A stretch of DNA of 64,000 nt from an uncultured virus (IMG/VR IMGVR_UViG_3300032293_000679). Lineage: Duplodnaviria; Heunggongvirae; Uroviricota; Caudoviricetes. Position 1 is the first letter of the stretch, and each line of letters starts with the position of its first letter. The position numbers were made by a program, and so were the translations under genes. Where the stretch lies: IMG/VR virus record IMGVR_UViG_3300032293_000679. The stretch is one strand, 5' to 3'. Positions 31,300 through 40,974 of the stretch are shown here, piece after piece. The notes under the pieces were generated by a model, which had not been told where the DNA came from, searched no databases, and saw only the letters and a list, made by a program, of their open reading frames with translations.

Positions 31300-34200
31300 T
31301 TATTTACCCCATTTACAATCTATGGTCTTTATGTCGCCAGTTTTAAGCAATGCTTTTTGAAGGTCTGGCAATAACTCCATAAAGTCATCAACTTTCTTAA
31401 CTTCTTTGGCATCTTGCTCTTTTAGCTTGTCCAGCTTCTTCTGTTCTGTCTTCGCCTCTAACTTGGTAAGTTCCTGCTGCTTCAGTTTAGCTTCAATAGC
31501 TTTTTGTCTGATAGCATTCTTAGATTTCTCTCTATTGGCTTTAGCTTTCTCGTAGTCTTCTTCTGTTATTTCAGAAATATCCTTAGTCTTATCTCCGTAC
31601 TTATTGTACACATTCTGCACCTTGTTAGCAGGCTCTCCGACTTTCTCTGCAATCTCAGTTACATTAGCAGGCATCTCTTTTGCTGGCTTAGCCTCTACAG
31701 GGGCTTGCTCTTTAGTGCCGAGCAAATCTTCTACAGCCTTCTCGTTGAAGTTTTCATCTATAAACCTAATAGCGTCTCTATGTAAGCCAGATTCTTTTAA
31801 ACTATTTAAAACATCTTCTTTTGATTTTGCACCGTTTTTAATAGCTAGTTCAACATACTCTTTACCTTTGTTTATTTTATCATCAAATGAAATATCCCTT
31901 TCAATAAACACAGGTATTAACTTTTCTCCTCTTTCTATTGCTATTGTTGCTCTATTTCTTCCCTCTTGACTGTGAGCCTTGCCATTTTCATCTATAGACA
32001 GATAAGGCATATTTATTTTGTCACCCCTATCTATACCTTCGTTTATTCTTTCTTTTTTCTCGTTATATATCCCTTCATCTCTATTGGTTTTGGTTATGTC
32101 CTGCCTTACCTTTTTAAGATATTCTTCTGGAGACATCATTACAATCTCCCCACTAACTCCTTTATAAAAATAATTATAGCCATCATCTTTAAGTAGTTCG
32201 TCAAGCTTGGGTATTCCTGTTGTTTTCACACTAAAAATACCATTATAATTTTCTATTTTATTACTTTTAACTTCAGCTTTTGGAGCTTCAACTTGCTCAG
32301 CCTCTACAGGAGCTACCTGTTCAGCTTCTGCGCCCTCCAATAAAGGAGTAATAAGCTTATCATACCTACCGTATATTTCTTTGTATGCTTTTAAATCTGC
32401 TGGGTCAGTAATTAAACTTTCATCTACCTTCCCATCTACTTTATATTCTTCTATATTTGGAATAGCCTCTGCAAGTTCTGCTTGTTCTTGCGCCCTTAAC
32501 TCTTCAACCTTTAACTCGTTTTCTGTTTTTTGACCTTCTACAGCAGGAGCTTCTACAGCAGGAGCTTCTTCTACGGCAACTTCTTCTTGCGGTCTGTTCA
32601 GCTTTTCTAACGCAGCAGTTACCTCGTCTAATTTTGCTTGAGTATTTTGGTCGTTATGAATTTCAACATCAAACTCATTCAAGTATTCTGGTCTTTTCAA
32701 CATCTGCTCTACCTGCTCTTTTGTTGAAACAACAGGAATATCAGAGCCTTTAGGAAACAATAAGTAGACTGGTTCTGTGCCTTTTAATATATTTTTAATC
32801 TCTTTCTCTTTCTCTTGCACTAGCTCTTTTGCAGCTTGTGTTGCAAGACTATTGTCATCATCATTAGCTAATGCTCTAGCTTTAAATAAGCCTACATACT
32901 TATTTACAAGAGACGCTCTTATACTGTCACTAACTGGGAAGCTTTCTGTTTGAGCTATACCTTCTAAAGTGTAATCTATTAAGTTGTTATACTCATTAAG
33001 CTCTGCCTCAGAGATAGCTCCATTCTTTGCCATAATTTCAAGCATCTTTCTTGCTTGAGACTCTCCTCCAACAGACAATGAACTCATGATACCATTAATC
33101 TGCAAGTCTATGTCTGGGGTATTATTTAATGAAGCCAATGTCATGGTCTGACCAACAGCAGCACCAATAGTACCCTCTTGAAGTGCTTCCTTAGAAAAGA
33201 AGTAATCACCAAAAGAATTGACCGCTTCTCCAAATCCACGCTGTTCAACTCCTTCTGCTAAATTCTTAGCTCTTTGACCTGCCCATCCTTGTTGAACTTC
33301 TTCTAAATATCCAGAAGCCCCTTCAATAAACGCTGACTTAGCGAACTTAAAACCTTTACTAAAGAAAGGTAGCATTTGTAAGATGTTCATTGGAAGAGTT
33401 GACAACTGCAAGTCCATTGAATCCTTTGCTATTCTAGCAGCTTCTTCTCTACTTGCACCTCTATCTACAGCTCCTTTATATTCGCCACCTGCTTCAAGCA
33501 TTGCTTCAGCTTCCCATCCTATAAGACCGCCTCCAACTACAGAAGATAGTACCTGCGCTCTCTTTGTCGCATTAAAAGCACCTGCCAGAGTTCCAGCAAG
33601 TCTGCCTGCGCCTAATCCTATAGGCATCGTAAAGACTGTGAACGGCATAGACCTAACTCCGTTTGTTATCCACCAATCAACATCAGTAAATGCATCCATT
33701 ACATCTTTATCGCTCCAAGCACTTGAAGGAACACCTGTAAGTTGCTCTGCTTTTAAAGCCAACTCATTAATACCACTAGCATCAAAACCAGTCATATTAA
33801 TAGCACCACCTACTGTTGAAAGCACATCTGTAAGACCTGCCTCCCAAGCCTTGCCTACCTTCATTCCAATAGAAAGATTTCTAAAGTCAGCCATATCTTT
33901 ATTTGCTTCCTCTTTAAATAAGAAGCCATAAGCTTTTTTAGAAGATTCAGCAACAGCCTTTTTGTATTCTGGCGAAACATTATCAGCTTCCCCTATGGCA
34001 GCATCTATTCTCTTTTGGTATATATCTAATTGAGCCTTGTACTTTTCTTGGAACTTTCTATTGTACTTAGTTTGTATTTCTATATCCTTATCTTTTGCAG
34101 CTTTATTTAACTGCTCATACATAGGAGTAAATTTTGAGGCTGTGTCTTGCTTAACTTTTTCTTCTACCTGTGCAGCAGCAGCTTTAAATTCAGCATTAGC

Positions 34201-35292
34201 TTGGTCAGGAAGCATTTGCCTTGTATCAACAAGTTCTTGATAATAAGACCTTATTGGATCTATCTGTTGCTTGTATAAATTTTCAATGTAAGCTTCAGAC
34301 TCCTTGTCTAGATTAGCAATATTAGCTTTATAATCAGCCTTTAAAATATCAGTCTCAGTAGTAGCCTCTTTTAATACTTCTTTGTCTGGATTCTTTCTTG
34401 CTTTTTCTACAAAGTTGTTTCTCTCTTCAACTAAAGACTTTACTTTCTTTACTTTGTCTTGAGCCTCTATATTTAATTGATTAAGAGTTGGTAGGTTCTG
34501 CTTTTTTAAATCAATGTCTATTAATGCAGCAGCCTTAAATCTTTTCTCTCCTGTTTTTATCTGGTCAACCAAATTAACAGCTATAGCTTGCCTCGCTTCT
34601 TTATCAAGTCTTTCCCCTGTTTTTTCAAAATACTTATCATCATAAGCATCTAAAGCCTTATAGATAGCATCAGTATTAACAGTCCCTGCTGGCACTATTT
34701 GCGTTCCGTACATTGCTGGCTTGTCTTTTTGAGATACAAACAAGTCAATATTTGGCTCAATTACGGTTGAGTATATGTTAGCAGATGTCTCTCCTAAAAA
34801 CTTCTTTCTCCTATCTCCTTCAAGCTTAACTTCTTCTGCTGCCATTGCAGGTGCAACACCAAAGTCTTCACTAGCTTTTGCTTGCTGCCTAAGACTCTTT
34901 GCAAGACCAGTATTTACATCAATTGGCTTTCCTATTCCTATAGATTCTGATAGAGATGTACTTTTCGGTTTTTTTAATGGAGATCGGGAAACGGTACTTA
35001 AAGTAGGCTCTCCAGTACTCGGAGTAGCCACGAACTGCTGTGCGAAAGAAAGTTCCGATTGAACTTTTTTTTTATCAGTTTGAAACTCTGGGAACTTACT
35101 GTTTATGACATCCCAATCACTGTTGTATTCTGGGTTGTTTGCAGTCTCAACATAGACCTTTAATAAGTCTTTGTCTACATTCTTAAACTCTGGAAACTTG
35201 CTATTAATAATCTTCCAGTCGCTATTGTACTTTGGATTATTAGCGGTTTCAACATATATTTTTAATAACTCTGGGTCTATAGTTTCTTTCAT
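31300..35292 (-). CDS. Large virion ejection protein with N-terminal tandem repeat and ParB-like module
   Basis: 1330 aa; two ~33-aa N-terminal repeats; Gly/Ala-rich membrane-like segment; MSPEEYL...MPYL...QEGRNRA...IPV ParB-like motif. Confidence 0.7.
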   Translation of the reverse strand: MKETIDPELLKIYVETANNPKYNSDWKIINSKFPEFKNVDKDLLKVYVETANNPEYNSDWDVINSKFPEFQTDKKKVQSELSFAQQFVATPSTGEPTLSTVSRSPLKKPKSTSLSESIGIGKPIDVNTGLAKSLRQQAKASEDFGVAPAMAAEEVKLEGDRRKKFLGETSANIYSTVIEPNIDLFVSQKDKPAMYGTQIVPAGTVNTDAIYKALDAYDDKYFEKTGERLDKEARQAIAVNLVDQIKTGEKRFKAAALIDIDLKKQNLPTLNQLNIEAQDKVKKVKSLVEERNNFVEKARKNPDKEVLKEATTETDILKADYKANIANLDKESEAYIENLYKQQIDPIRSYYQELVDTRQMLPDQANAEFKAAAAQVEEKVKQDTASKFTPMYEQLNKAAKDKDIEIQTKYNRKFQEKYKAQLDIYQKRIDAAIGEADNVSPEYKKAVAESSKKAYGFLFKEEANKDMADFRNLSIGMKVGKAWEAGLTDVLSTVGGAINMTGFDASGINELALKAEQLTGVPSSAWSDKDVMDAFTDVDWWITNGVRSMPFTVFTMPIGLGAGRLAGTLAGAFNATKRAQVLSSVVGGGLIGWEAEAMLEAGGEYKGAVDRGASREEAARIAKDSMDLQLSTLPMNILQMLPFFSKGFKFAKSAFIEGASGYLEEVQQGWAGQRAKNLAEGVEQRGFGEAVNSFGDYFFSKEALQEGTIGAAVGQTMTLASLNNTPDIDLQINGIMSSLSVGGESQARKMLEIMAKNGAISEAELNEYNNLIDYTLEGIAQTESFPVSDSIRASLVNKYVGLFKARALANDDDNSLATQAAKELVQEKEKEIKNILKGTEPVYLLFPKGSDIPVVSTKEQVEQMLKRPEYLNEFDVEIHNDQNTQAKLDEVTAALEKLNRPQEEVAVEEAPAVEAPAVEGQKTENELKVEELRAQEQAELAEAIPNIEEYKVDGKVDESLITDPADLKAYKEIYGRYDKLITPLLEGAEAEQVAPVEAEQVEAPKAEVKSNKIENYNGIFSVKTTGIPKLDELLKDDGYNYFYKGVSGEIVMMSPEEYLKKVRQDITKTNRDEGIYNEKKERINEGIDRGDKINMPYLSIDENGKAHSQEGRNRATIAIERGEKLIPVFIERDISFDDKINKGKEYVELAIKNGAKSKEDVLNSLKESGLHRDAIRFIDENFNEKAVEDLLGTKEQAPVEAKPAKEMPANVTEIAEKVGEPANKVQNVYNKYGDKTKDISEITEEDYEKAKANREKSKNAIRQKAIEAKLKQQELTKLEAKTEQKKLDKLKEQDAKEVKKVDDFMELLPDLQKALLKTGDIKTIDCKWGK
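35080..35277 (-). repeat. Two tandem ~99-bp (33-aa) coding repeats
   Basis: DPELLKIYVETANNPKYNSDWKIINSKFPEFKNV versus DKDLLKVYVETANNPEYNSDWDVINSKFPEFQ. Confidence 0.9.
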
Positions 35293-35294
35293 AA

Positions 35295-36749
35295 TTATCT
35301 ACTTTTAGCTCCTGTATTAGCCTTATTCCCCTTACTTGTTGTCGCTGTTGGTTTTGGCTTTTTACCAGTAACAGTTGGACTATTCCTTTCAAATCCTTTA
35401 TTCAAATCTATACCTAAACTACCTACAGCTTCAGCTATATCAGCAGCATCATCTTTATAATAAAAACTCTTTAATGAGTTTAACATTTTTGTTGTGGCTG
35501 GCGTAATGTGTCTAGTATAGTTTTGGTCATTACCATCTCCATATATTAAGTATATTTGACCAGATTGCGTTTTAACTAAATCTAAAGGTTTTACATTTCT
35601 AAGAGAAGGATTTTTTCTTTCCTTATCTTCTATTGTTAAAGAGAAAGGAGCGTCTTGAGGTAATTCAACTTTTGTTACAAACGATCCAAGCTTATCACTT
35701 AGGTCTAAAAAATATTTTGTTTTCTGAGTCTTTTGACCTAGAACATCTGCATCTCCAAAATTTATCTTTTCATTTTCTATCAGACCCCTAAATCCTTCTA
35801 TTGGAAGGTCTTGTCTAAAAAAGTCATACTTACTTGTTGAAGCTCCAAGTCCATTATTAAACATAAAAAATCCGCCCCTACCTCTTTCTCTTGATGTGAT
35901 TTTTGTGTCGTTATAATCAACAAGCCTCTCCCTAGTGTATGTATCTATAGCTCTATCTAAAGAAACAGGGTCTTTCAGTTTTTCTGGGTCGCCTTTTGAG
36001 TAATTTGTTTCATAATATTTTCTAAAGTCTTTATTGTGTAGTATGTATGGAATGTAGTTAGGGTCATCATACAACTGTCTTGTTGCATCTTTTATTTCTT
36101 TAGCTGTTAACTTTCTAGTTGAAGTCGTTATTTTACCACTAGTATTTAAAACTAAATCATCGCCTAAAAATCTTTTAATAACTCCACTATATGTGTTATC
36201 TAGGTCTATTTTTTTAGGTATTCTAACAGAAAAATCACCTTCAACAGATGGTTGTATTATTCTTTGTTCAACTGGAAGCCAAGATGGTTCTGCACTTATA
36301 GCAGATTCTAACCCCCCTTGGTTGTAAGCTTTATACACATCCGTTACAGTCTCTACTCCATCCTTATTAACATAAGGATTCATAGAGTGAAGCTTTTCAT
36401 CTTCTTGTAATACATATGGAACAGATGTATCATATTTAATATCAGCTTCTTTTGATGCTTGAATATCTCCAGATTCTGCTGCTGCCTCTTTTGCTAAAAA
36501 GGCTTGCATAGCCAGCTCGTTTGCCTTTTTCTGTGTGTATGGTTCTTTCAGTCTATCAACTTTTGTTGTATACCGCATCATCCTGTCCAGTTTAGCCTGC
36601 TTCTTGGCTTCTCTTGCTGCTTCTAATTTAGCCTTAGCCAAAGCAGAGCTTTCAGCCATCTTTAAGCCTTGTAGTATTCCAAAATCTTGTGGTCTTGCCC
36701 TAGTTATGAGGGCTGCCGCATTACCTATGCCTGCTGTTTCTTCTGCCAT
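35295..36749 (-). CDS. Internal virion/ejection protein
   Basis: 484 aa with N-terminal coiled coil, between pilot protein and giant ejection genes. Confidence 0.55.
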   Translation of the reverse strand: MAEETAGIGNAAALITRARPQDFGILQGLKMAESSALAKAKLEAAREAKKQAKLDRMMRYTTKVDRLKEPYTQKKANELAMQAFLAKEAAAESGDIQASKEADIKYDTSVPYVLQEDEKLHSMNPYVNKDGVETVTDVYKAYNQGGLESAISAEPSWLPVEQRIIQPSVEGDFSVRIPKKIDLDNTYSGVIKRFLGDDLVLNTSGKITTSTRKLTAKEIKDATRQLYDDPNYIPYILHNKDFRKYYETNYSKGDPEKLKDPVSLDRAIDTYTRERLVDYNDTKITSRERGRGGFFMFNNGLGASTSKYDFFRQDLPIEGFRGLIENEKINFGDADVLGQKTQKTKYFLDLSDKLGSFVTKVELPQDAPFSLTIEDKERKNPSLRNVKPLDLVKTQSGQIYLIYGDGNDQNYTRHITPATTKMLNSLKSFYYKDDAADIAEAVGSLGIDLNKGFERNSPTVTGKKPKPTATTSKGNKANTGAKSR

Positions 36750-36751
36750 GA

Positions 36752-37492
36752 TTATACTATTCCTTCTGTTTCGTTATAAATTGGGCTTCTTCTTCTGTAT
36801 GGGGAGTCAAAACTTCTTTTAAAGAAGGCAGAGCCTGTATTATTTGTTTTATCATCTCCACCTTTACCATAACCAAGAGCATTATACATACCGAATGTAC
36901 CAAGTTCGCTGCCAAGCTGATTTAACATATTTCTTCTGTAATCTCTATTAGATGTAATTGCTTGACCTAATAATTCCTCTTGTCTGAGCCTTCTATTAAC
37001 ATCAAGACTTGTATTTTGATTTTGAATCCCCTGCATTGTATTAGCAGCACCTAACATTCTTGAATATGCGGCATTCTGATACTGTCTTGCCAATTGAGCG
37101 TCTTGACCTGCCATTTGATTGTATGCATTTAATCTATTACCAGCCAATGAACCAGATATAGCCCTACTTAAAGAACCTCCACCCATTGACCTAGCGTTAT
37201 TATATTGAGCATTTAAACCTTGAGCTATATCTTGATTGAATGCAGCTCTCTGACCACCTGTAAAACCTTGTGGTTGAGCAACTCCCCTCATAGCACCTCC
37301 ATATATTCTAGATACAGCTGGATTGACAGAGTATCTTGGAAGAGGCTGTTTATTTAAGGCATCTAATTGTCTCTGTGCATCTCTTTGATTAAAATAAGAA
37401 AACAAAGCACCAACGCCTTGCGCAGCAGCTCCAACACCCATTGCTGTTAGCCCGCCATCAGGAGACATCATAAAATTAGAAAACTTACTCAT
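36752..37492 (-). CDS. DNA pilot/ejection protein
   Basis: Gly/Ala hydrophobic N-terminus followed by Q/N/A-rich coiled coils; first gene of the ejection operon (promoter 37512-37519). Confidence 0.65.
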   Translation of the reverse strand: MSKFSNFMMSPDGGLTAMGVGAAAQGVGALFSYFNQRDAQRQLDALNKQPLPRYSVNPAVSRIYGGAMRGVAQPQGFTGGQRAAFNQDIAQGLNAQYNNARSMGGGSLSRAISGSLAGNRLNAYNQMAGQDAQLARQYQNAAYSRMLGAANTMQGIQNQNTSLDVNRRLRQEELLGQAITSNRDYRRNMLNQLGSELGTFGMYNALGYGKGGDDKTNNTGSAFFKRSFDSPYRRRSPIYNETEGIV

Positions 37493-37577
37493 AATGATTT
37501 TTATTACAACACAAATATAGTTCTTTTTTAAAAGAAAAAAAATATTAGAAAGTGCTTGACAAATTAAAAATATGTAT

Positions 37578-37717
37578 TACATTTGTATTGTTGTTAGAGC
37601 CACCTCCTCATAAACAAACATAGAAGATATTTCCTATTCGTACATTGCGGTAGGTGAAGCTCTGGTAGAGGTGGTGGCTCTATCGGGGCTTTTTTTTGTC
37701 TATACCCGAACGAATAG
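37578..37717 (+). promoter_or_regulatory. Promoter followed by terminator/antiterminator RNA switch
   Basis: TACATTTG at 37578; 14-bp stem 37657-37670/37678-37691 plus U tract; competing 37595-37609 pairs with 37668-37682. Confidence 0.6.
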
Positions 37718-37789
37718 CAACTGTATCACCGACCAAACTTTACGCCACTCGTATTGGATCAGGTAAATGCCCTTTTTGGGCAGGATAAA

Positions 37790-37886
37790 TTCTATTTTTA
37801 TTTTTTTACGAAGTTTTTTCTTTTTCTCTTTTTTCTTCTTTTTTTTTATTTATTTTTTTTTCTTCTTTTTTCTCTCTTTTCTTTTA
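37790..37886. repeat. Polypyrimidine (T/C) tract, candidate origin/unwinding element
   Basis: About 95 nt almost entirely T/C on plus strand, at the strand switch upstream of the primase-helicase. Confidence 0.55.
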
Positions 37887-38031
37887 ATTATACAAATTGT
37901 ACCATTCGCCTGTAGTACACTATCGCAAGACTAATTTGACTGGCGAAAGCAACAAAAAACAAAAAAAAATAAAAAATAATTGTAGAGTGTATTTTTTTCT
38001 ATACACACATACAACATAACTTTGTCCGCAT

Positions 38032-39873
38032 ATGAAAACAGATATATTATCAACTAAGGTTTCAGTTTACAAAGACATTAGAGATGTCTCAAGCAAACAC
38101 ACTGCAATGATTGGTACATTGCTTGAAAGAATTAAAAACGGTGGTAAGAATGAATCTACCAAGCAATTAATTGAGCAAATCAGAAAGGAAAAGGATGATG
38201 AGGTAAGAAGTGTTTTAAAATCAAAGTTGACATCTGTTACTTTCTCTGGTCATTTTAATGCAAGATATGATGATGAATTAAAAGAACATAGCGGTTTGAT
38301 ATGCTTGGATTTTGATAAGGTAAATATTCCCGAGTTCTTAATAGATGAATTTAAGAAAGACAAGTATTGTTTTGCTGCTTGGATTTCTCCTTCAGGCAAT
38401 GGAGTAAAAGTGCTTGTTAAAATTGCAGAGGGTATGAAGCACAGAGAACACTTTGCTGCTTTAAAGAAAAGATACCCAGATGCAGACAAGAGCGGCGTAA
38501 ACCCATCTCGTGTATGTTATGAGTCTTATGACCCAAAAATTTACATAAACACAGAATCAGAAGTATTCTCAGAATATATTGTTGATGAGTTCTTTACCTT
38601 GTCTGAGACCATTGGTTCTGAAGATGAGATATTTGACAGACTATTAAAATGGCTTGAATCAAGAGATGATGCATTTGTTAAAGGGGAGAGAAACCATTTC
38701 ATCTTTAAACTTGCATCTGCTTGTTGTCGTTTTGGTATTGTAATGGAAAGAGCTATAGACCTTATCTCACAAGAGTTCCTTACAAGAGATGGAGAGTTTA
38801 CAAAGAAAGAAGCTCTACAGACAATCAGAAGTGCGTACAGAACAAATAATAGAAAGTTCAATACTGCGACATTTGAGAATGATAAGATGATAGAAAGGGA
38901 GAGTTTGTATACTATCTCAACATCTATTCTTGAAGAGGGTTATAAGTTGCCTGATGTAATCTATGCAGAAGATATTTATGATGGTATCATGAATGTGTAT
39001 GACAATGGATTTGAAGCAGCAGAAACCACGCACATACCAGAAATTGATGAACACTTCAAATGGAAGAAAGGTCAATTGAATCTATGGTCAGGAATAGGTA
39101 ATGCAGGTAAGAGTACAATGCTTGAGTATCTTGTAATGACAAAAGCAATTAAGGCAGGTTGGAAAGTAGCTCTATTCTCTCCAGAAAACTATCCTTCAAA
39201 TGAGTTCTTCTTTCAATTGACAGAAATATACCTTGGAGCAGATTGTACGCCAGACAATAGATTTAGACCTAAGAGAGAAGAATTTATCAAGGCATACGAG
39301 TTCATAAACAAGCACTTCTTCTATATATACCCTGAGAAGCTTTCTCCAACACCAGAATACATCAAGACTAAATTCTTTGAATTGATTATCAAAGAGCAAG
39401 TGGACATCTGTATCCTTGACCCATTCAATCAGTTGACCAATGACTACACTAAATTTGCAGGTAGAGATGATAGATACCTAGAAACTGTGCTTGGTGACTT
39501 TGGTAAATTTGCAAGAGAGAATAATGTATCCTTCAATATTGTAGCACACCCACACAAATTACAGAAAACACCTGATGGTAATTATCCTTGCCCTGATGTA
39601 TTTGAGCTGTCTCAAGGTGCTATGTGGAACAATAAGATGGACAACATCATGATATACCACAGACCTTTCAATGTGACCGATCCAATGAATCCTGCTGCTG
39701 AGTTGCACACCAAGAAAGCTAAGAAGGCAAGATTATTCAAGAAAGGGATGATTAATCTAAACTACGATATTAGAAAGAAGAGGTTCACATTCAATGGGAT
39801 AGACTACTTATACAGAGAGCCAGAGCCTATTGCACCAATGTTTCCAGAGTACCCTGACCCACTTTTAAAATAA
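38032..39873 (+). CDS. Primase-helicase (VirE-N/BT4734-like AEP domain, PriCT, SF4 DnaB/Twinkle-like helicase)
   Basis: HSGLICLDFD, ISPSGNGVK, SYDP; GERNHFIFKLA; WSGIGNAGKST, ILDPFNQL, VAHPHK and GAMWNNKMD. Confidence 0.9.
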   Translation: MKTDILSTKVSVYKDIRDVSSKHTAMIGTLLERIKNGGKNESTKQLIEQIRKEKDDEVRSVLKSKLTSVTFSGHFNARYDDELKEHSGLICLDFDKVNIPEFLIDEFKKDKYCFAAWISPSGNGVKVLVKIAEGMKHREHFAALKKRYPDADKSGVNPSRVCYESYDPKIYINTESEVFSEYIVDEFFTLSETIGSEDEIFDRLLKWLESRDDAFVKGERNHFIFKLASACCRFGIVMERAIDLISQEFLTRDGEFTKKEALQTIRSAYRTNNRKFNTATFENDKMIERESLYTISTSILEEGYKLPDVIYAEDIYDGIMNVYDNGFEAAETTHIPEIDEHFKWKKGQLNLWSGIGNAGKSTMLEYLVMTKAIKAGWKVALFSPENYPSNEFFFQLTEIYLGADCTPDNRFRPKREEFIKAYEFINKHFFYIYPEKLSPTPEYIKTKFFELIIKEQVDICILDPFNQLTNDYTKFAGRDDRYLETVLGDFGKFARENNVSFNIVAHPHKLQKTPDGNYPCPDVFELSQGAMWNNKMDNIMIYHRPFNVTDPMNPAAELHTKKAKKARLFKKGMINLNYDIRKKRFTFNGIDYLYREPEPIAPMFPEYPDPLLK

Positions 39874-39938
39874 TTCTTGTATATGTTAGTACTATGTTGT
39901 AAATTTGTATCGTTAAACAAAATAAATAGAAAATAAAA

Positions 39939-40259
39939 ATGGAAGCTTTTTTCAGTAAAAAACTAGGTGAAAGAGAAGGAACTACTAAAGATGGTAAGCC
40001 TTGGAAAGTTGTTCAGTTCTTAATTCAGACAAAAGGTAAGTATCCTAAGATGGTATCTTTAGACGCTTGGAATGCAAGTGCTGATATTGTTAACTCAATG
40101 CGTGATGGAGATATGATTGAAGTTACATACGAAGCAGAAGCTAGAGAGTATAATGGTAAGTGGTACAACACTTTGAAAGTTGTAAATATTGAGTCTCTTG
40201 AAACAGAAGCAAGACCAATTGTAGCAGAAGAAGAGTCTGACGATATGCTCCCCTTCTAA
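39939..40259 (+). CDS. Single-stranded DNA-binding protein (DUF3127 family)
   Basis: GKPWK, KYPK, REYNGKWYN motifs and acidic DDMLPF tail. Confidence 0.85.
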   Translation: MEAFFSKKLGEREGTTKDGKPWKVVQFLIQTKGKYPKMVSLDAWNASADIVNSMRDGDMIEVTYEAEAREYNGKWYNTLKVVNIESLETEARPIVAEEESDDMLPF

Positions 40260-40261
40260 TT

Positions 40262-40474
40262 ATGAGTGAGTCAAGACGATTGAAAAGAAAAGGAGAGCGG
40301 TACATTATAAAGCGTGCCGTTCTCCAAATAAAGAAAGAAATAGCCTTGGGCGGAGACAGAGAAGAAACAATAGCTAAATTCTATAGAAAGGCACTTGATG
40401 AATTAAAAGCTACAATGACAGAAGAAGAATTAAAGACAGATGACACCAATACAGAAGCTGATAAAGAAGTATGA
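40262..40474 (+). CDS. Hypothetical protein
   Basis: 70-aa ORF in operon with SSB. Confidence 0.55.
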   Translation: MSESRRLKRKGERYIIKRAVLQIKKEIALGGDREETIAKFYRKALDELKATMTEEELKTDDTNTEADKEV

Positions 40475-40679
40475 TGAGAAGATGAAGTTCTTCCAACACG
40501 ATTTCATTGCTATAGGTATTCTAGCAGATTGCAAGAGAATGGCTATGCAGTTGCTTGATGAGGAGATGGAAAGAGTTATTGATGACTACAGAAATGGTTG
40601 GGAGGATAGAGAGAATTATGGAATTACATACGAAGATTATAACCCAGAACAATATTACAAAACAAAATATGGAAGGTAG
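40440..40679 (+). CDS. Hypothetical phage protein (similar to 46140-46370)
   Basis: EMERVIDDYRNG...EQYYKTKYG motif shared with 46140-46370. Confidence 0.6.
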   Translation: MTPIQKLIKKYDEKMKFFQHDFIAIGILADCKRMAMQLLDEEMERVIDDYRNGWEDRENYGITYEDYNPEQYYKTKYGR

Positions 40680-40974
40680 AAAGATTTACTTGTTTGACGA
40701 AAAGGAAATGGATATGGATTATGCCTATTCATTGTACATTGAAGATGATGGCGATAAGATTCATCACTTATGGACTACCGATAGTGATAATTGGAATAGT
40801 GATTGGAGAAATAAGTTGTTGCTTACCATAAGAGAAGATGGCAATGGCTTGTGCCTACCTAAGATGGGTGGCTATACAAACTATGGTGACTCATACTACT
40901 TTATGTTGTTGACCTGTCTTGCTTTAGGTTATGTACCAAAAGGACTTAGACCTATGGTTGACTACATTATGTAG
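40669..40974 (+). CDS. Hypothetical protein (start MEGRKIY)
   Basis: ATG overlaps previous gene end; acidic/aromatic 101 aa. Confidence 0.55.
   Translation: MEGRKIYLFDEKEMDMDYAYSLYIEDDGDKIHHLWTTDSDNWNSDWRNKLLLTIREDGNGLCLPKMGGYTNYGDSYYFMLLTCLALGYVPKGLRPMVDYIM

Noticed and set aside
37767..37934. 55-codon poly-Phe ORF as an attenuation leader peptide
   Set aside because: Any T-tract reads as poly-Phe; no amino-acid-related downstream gene and no start context.
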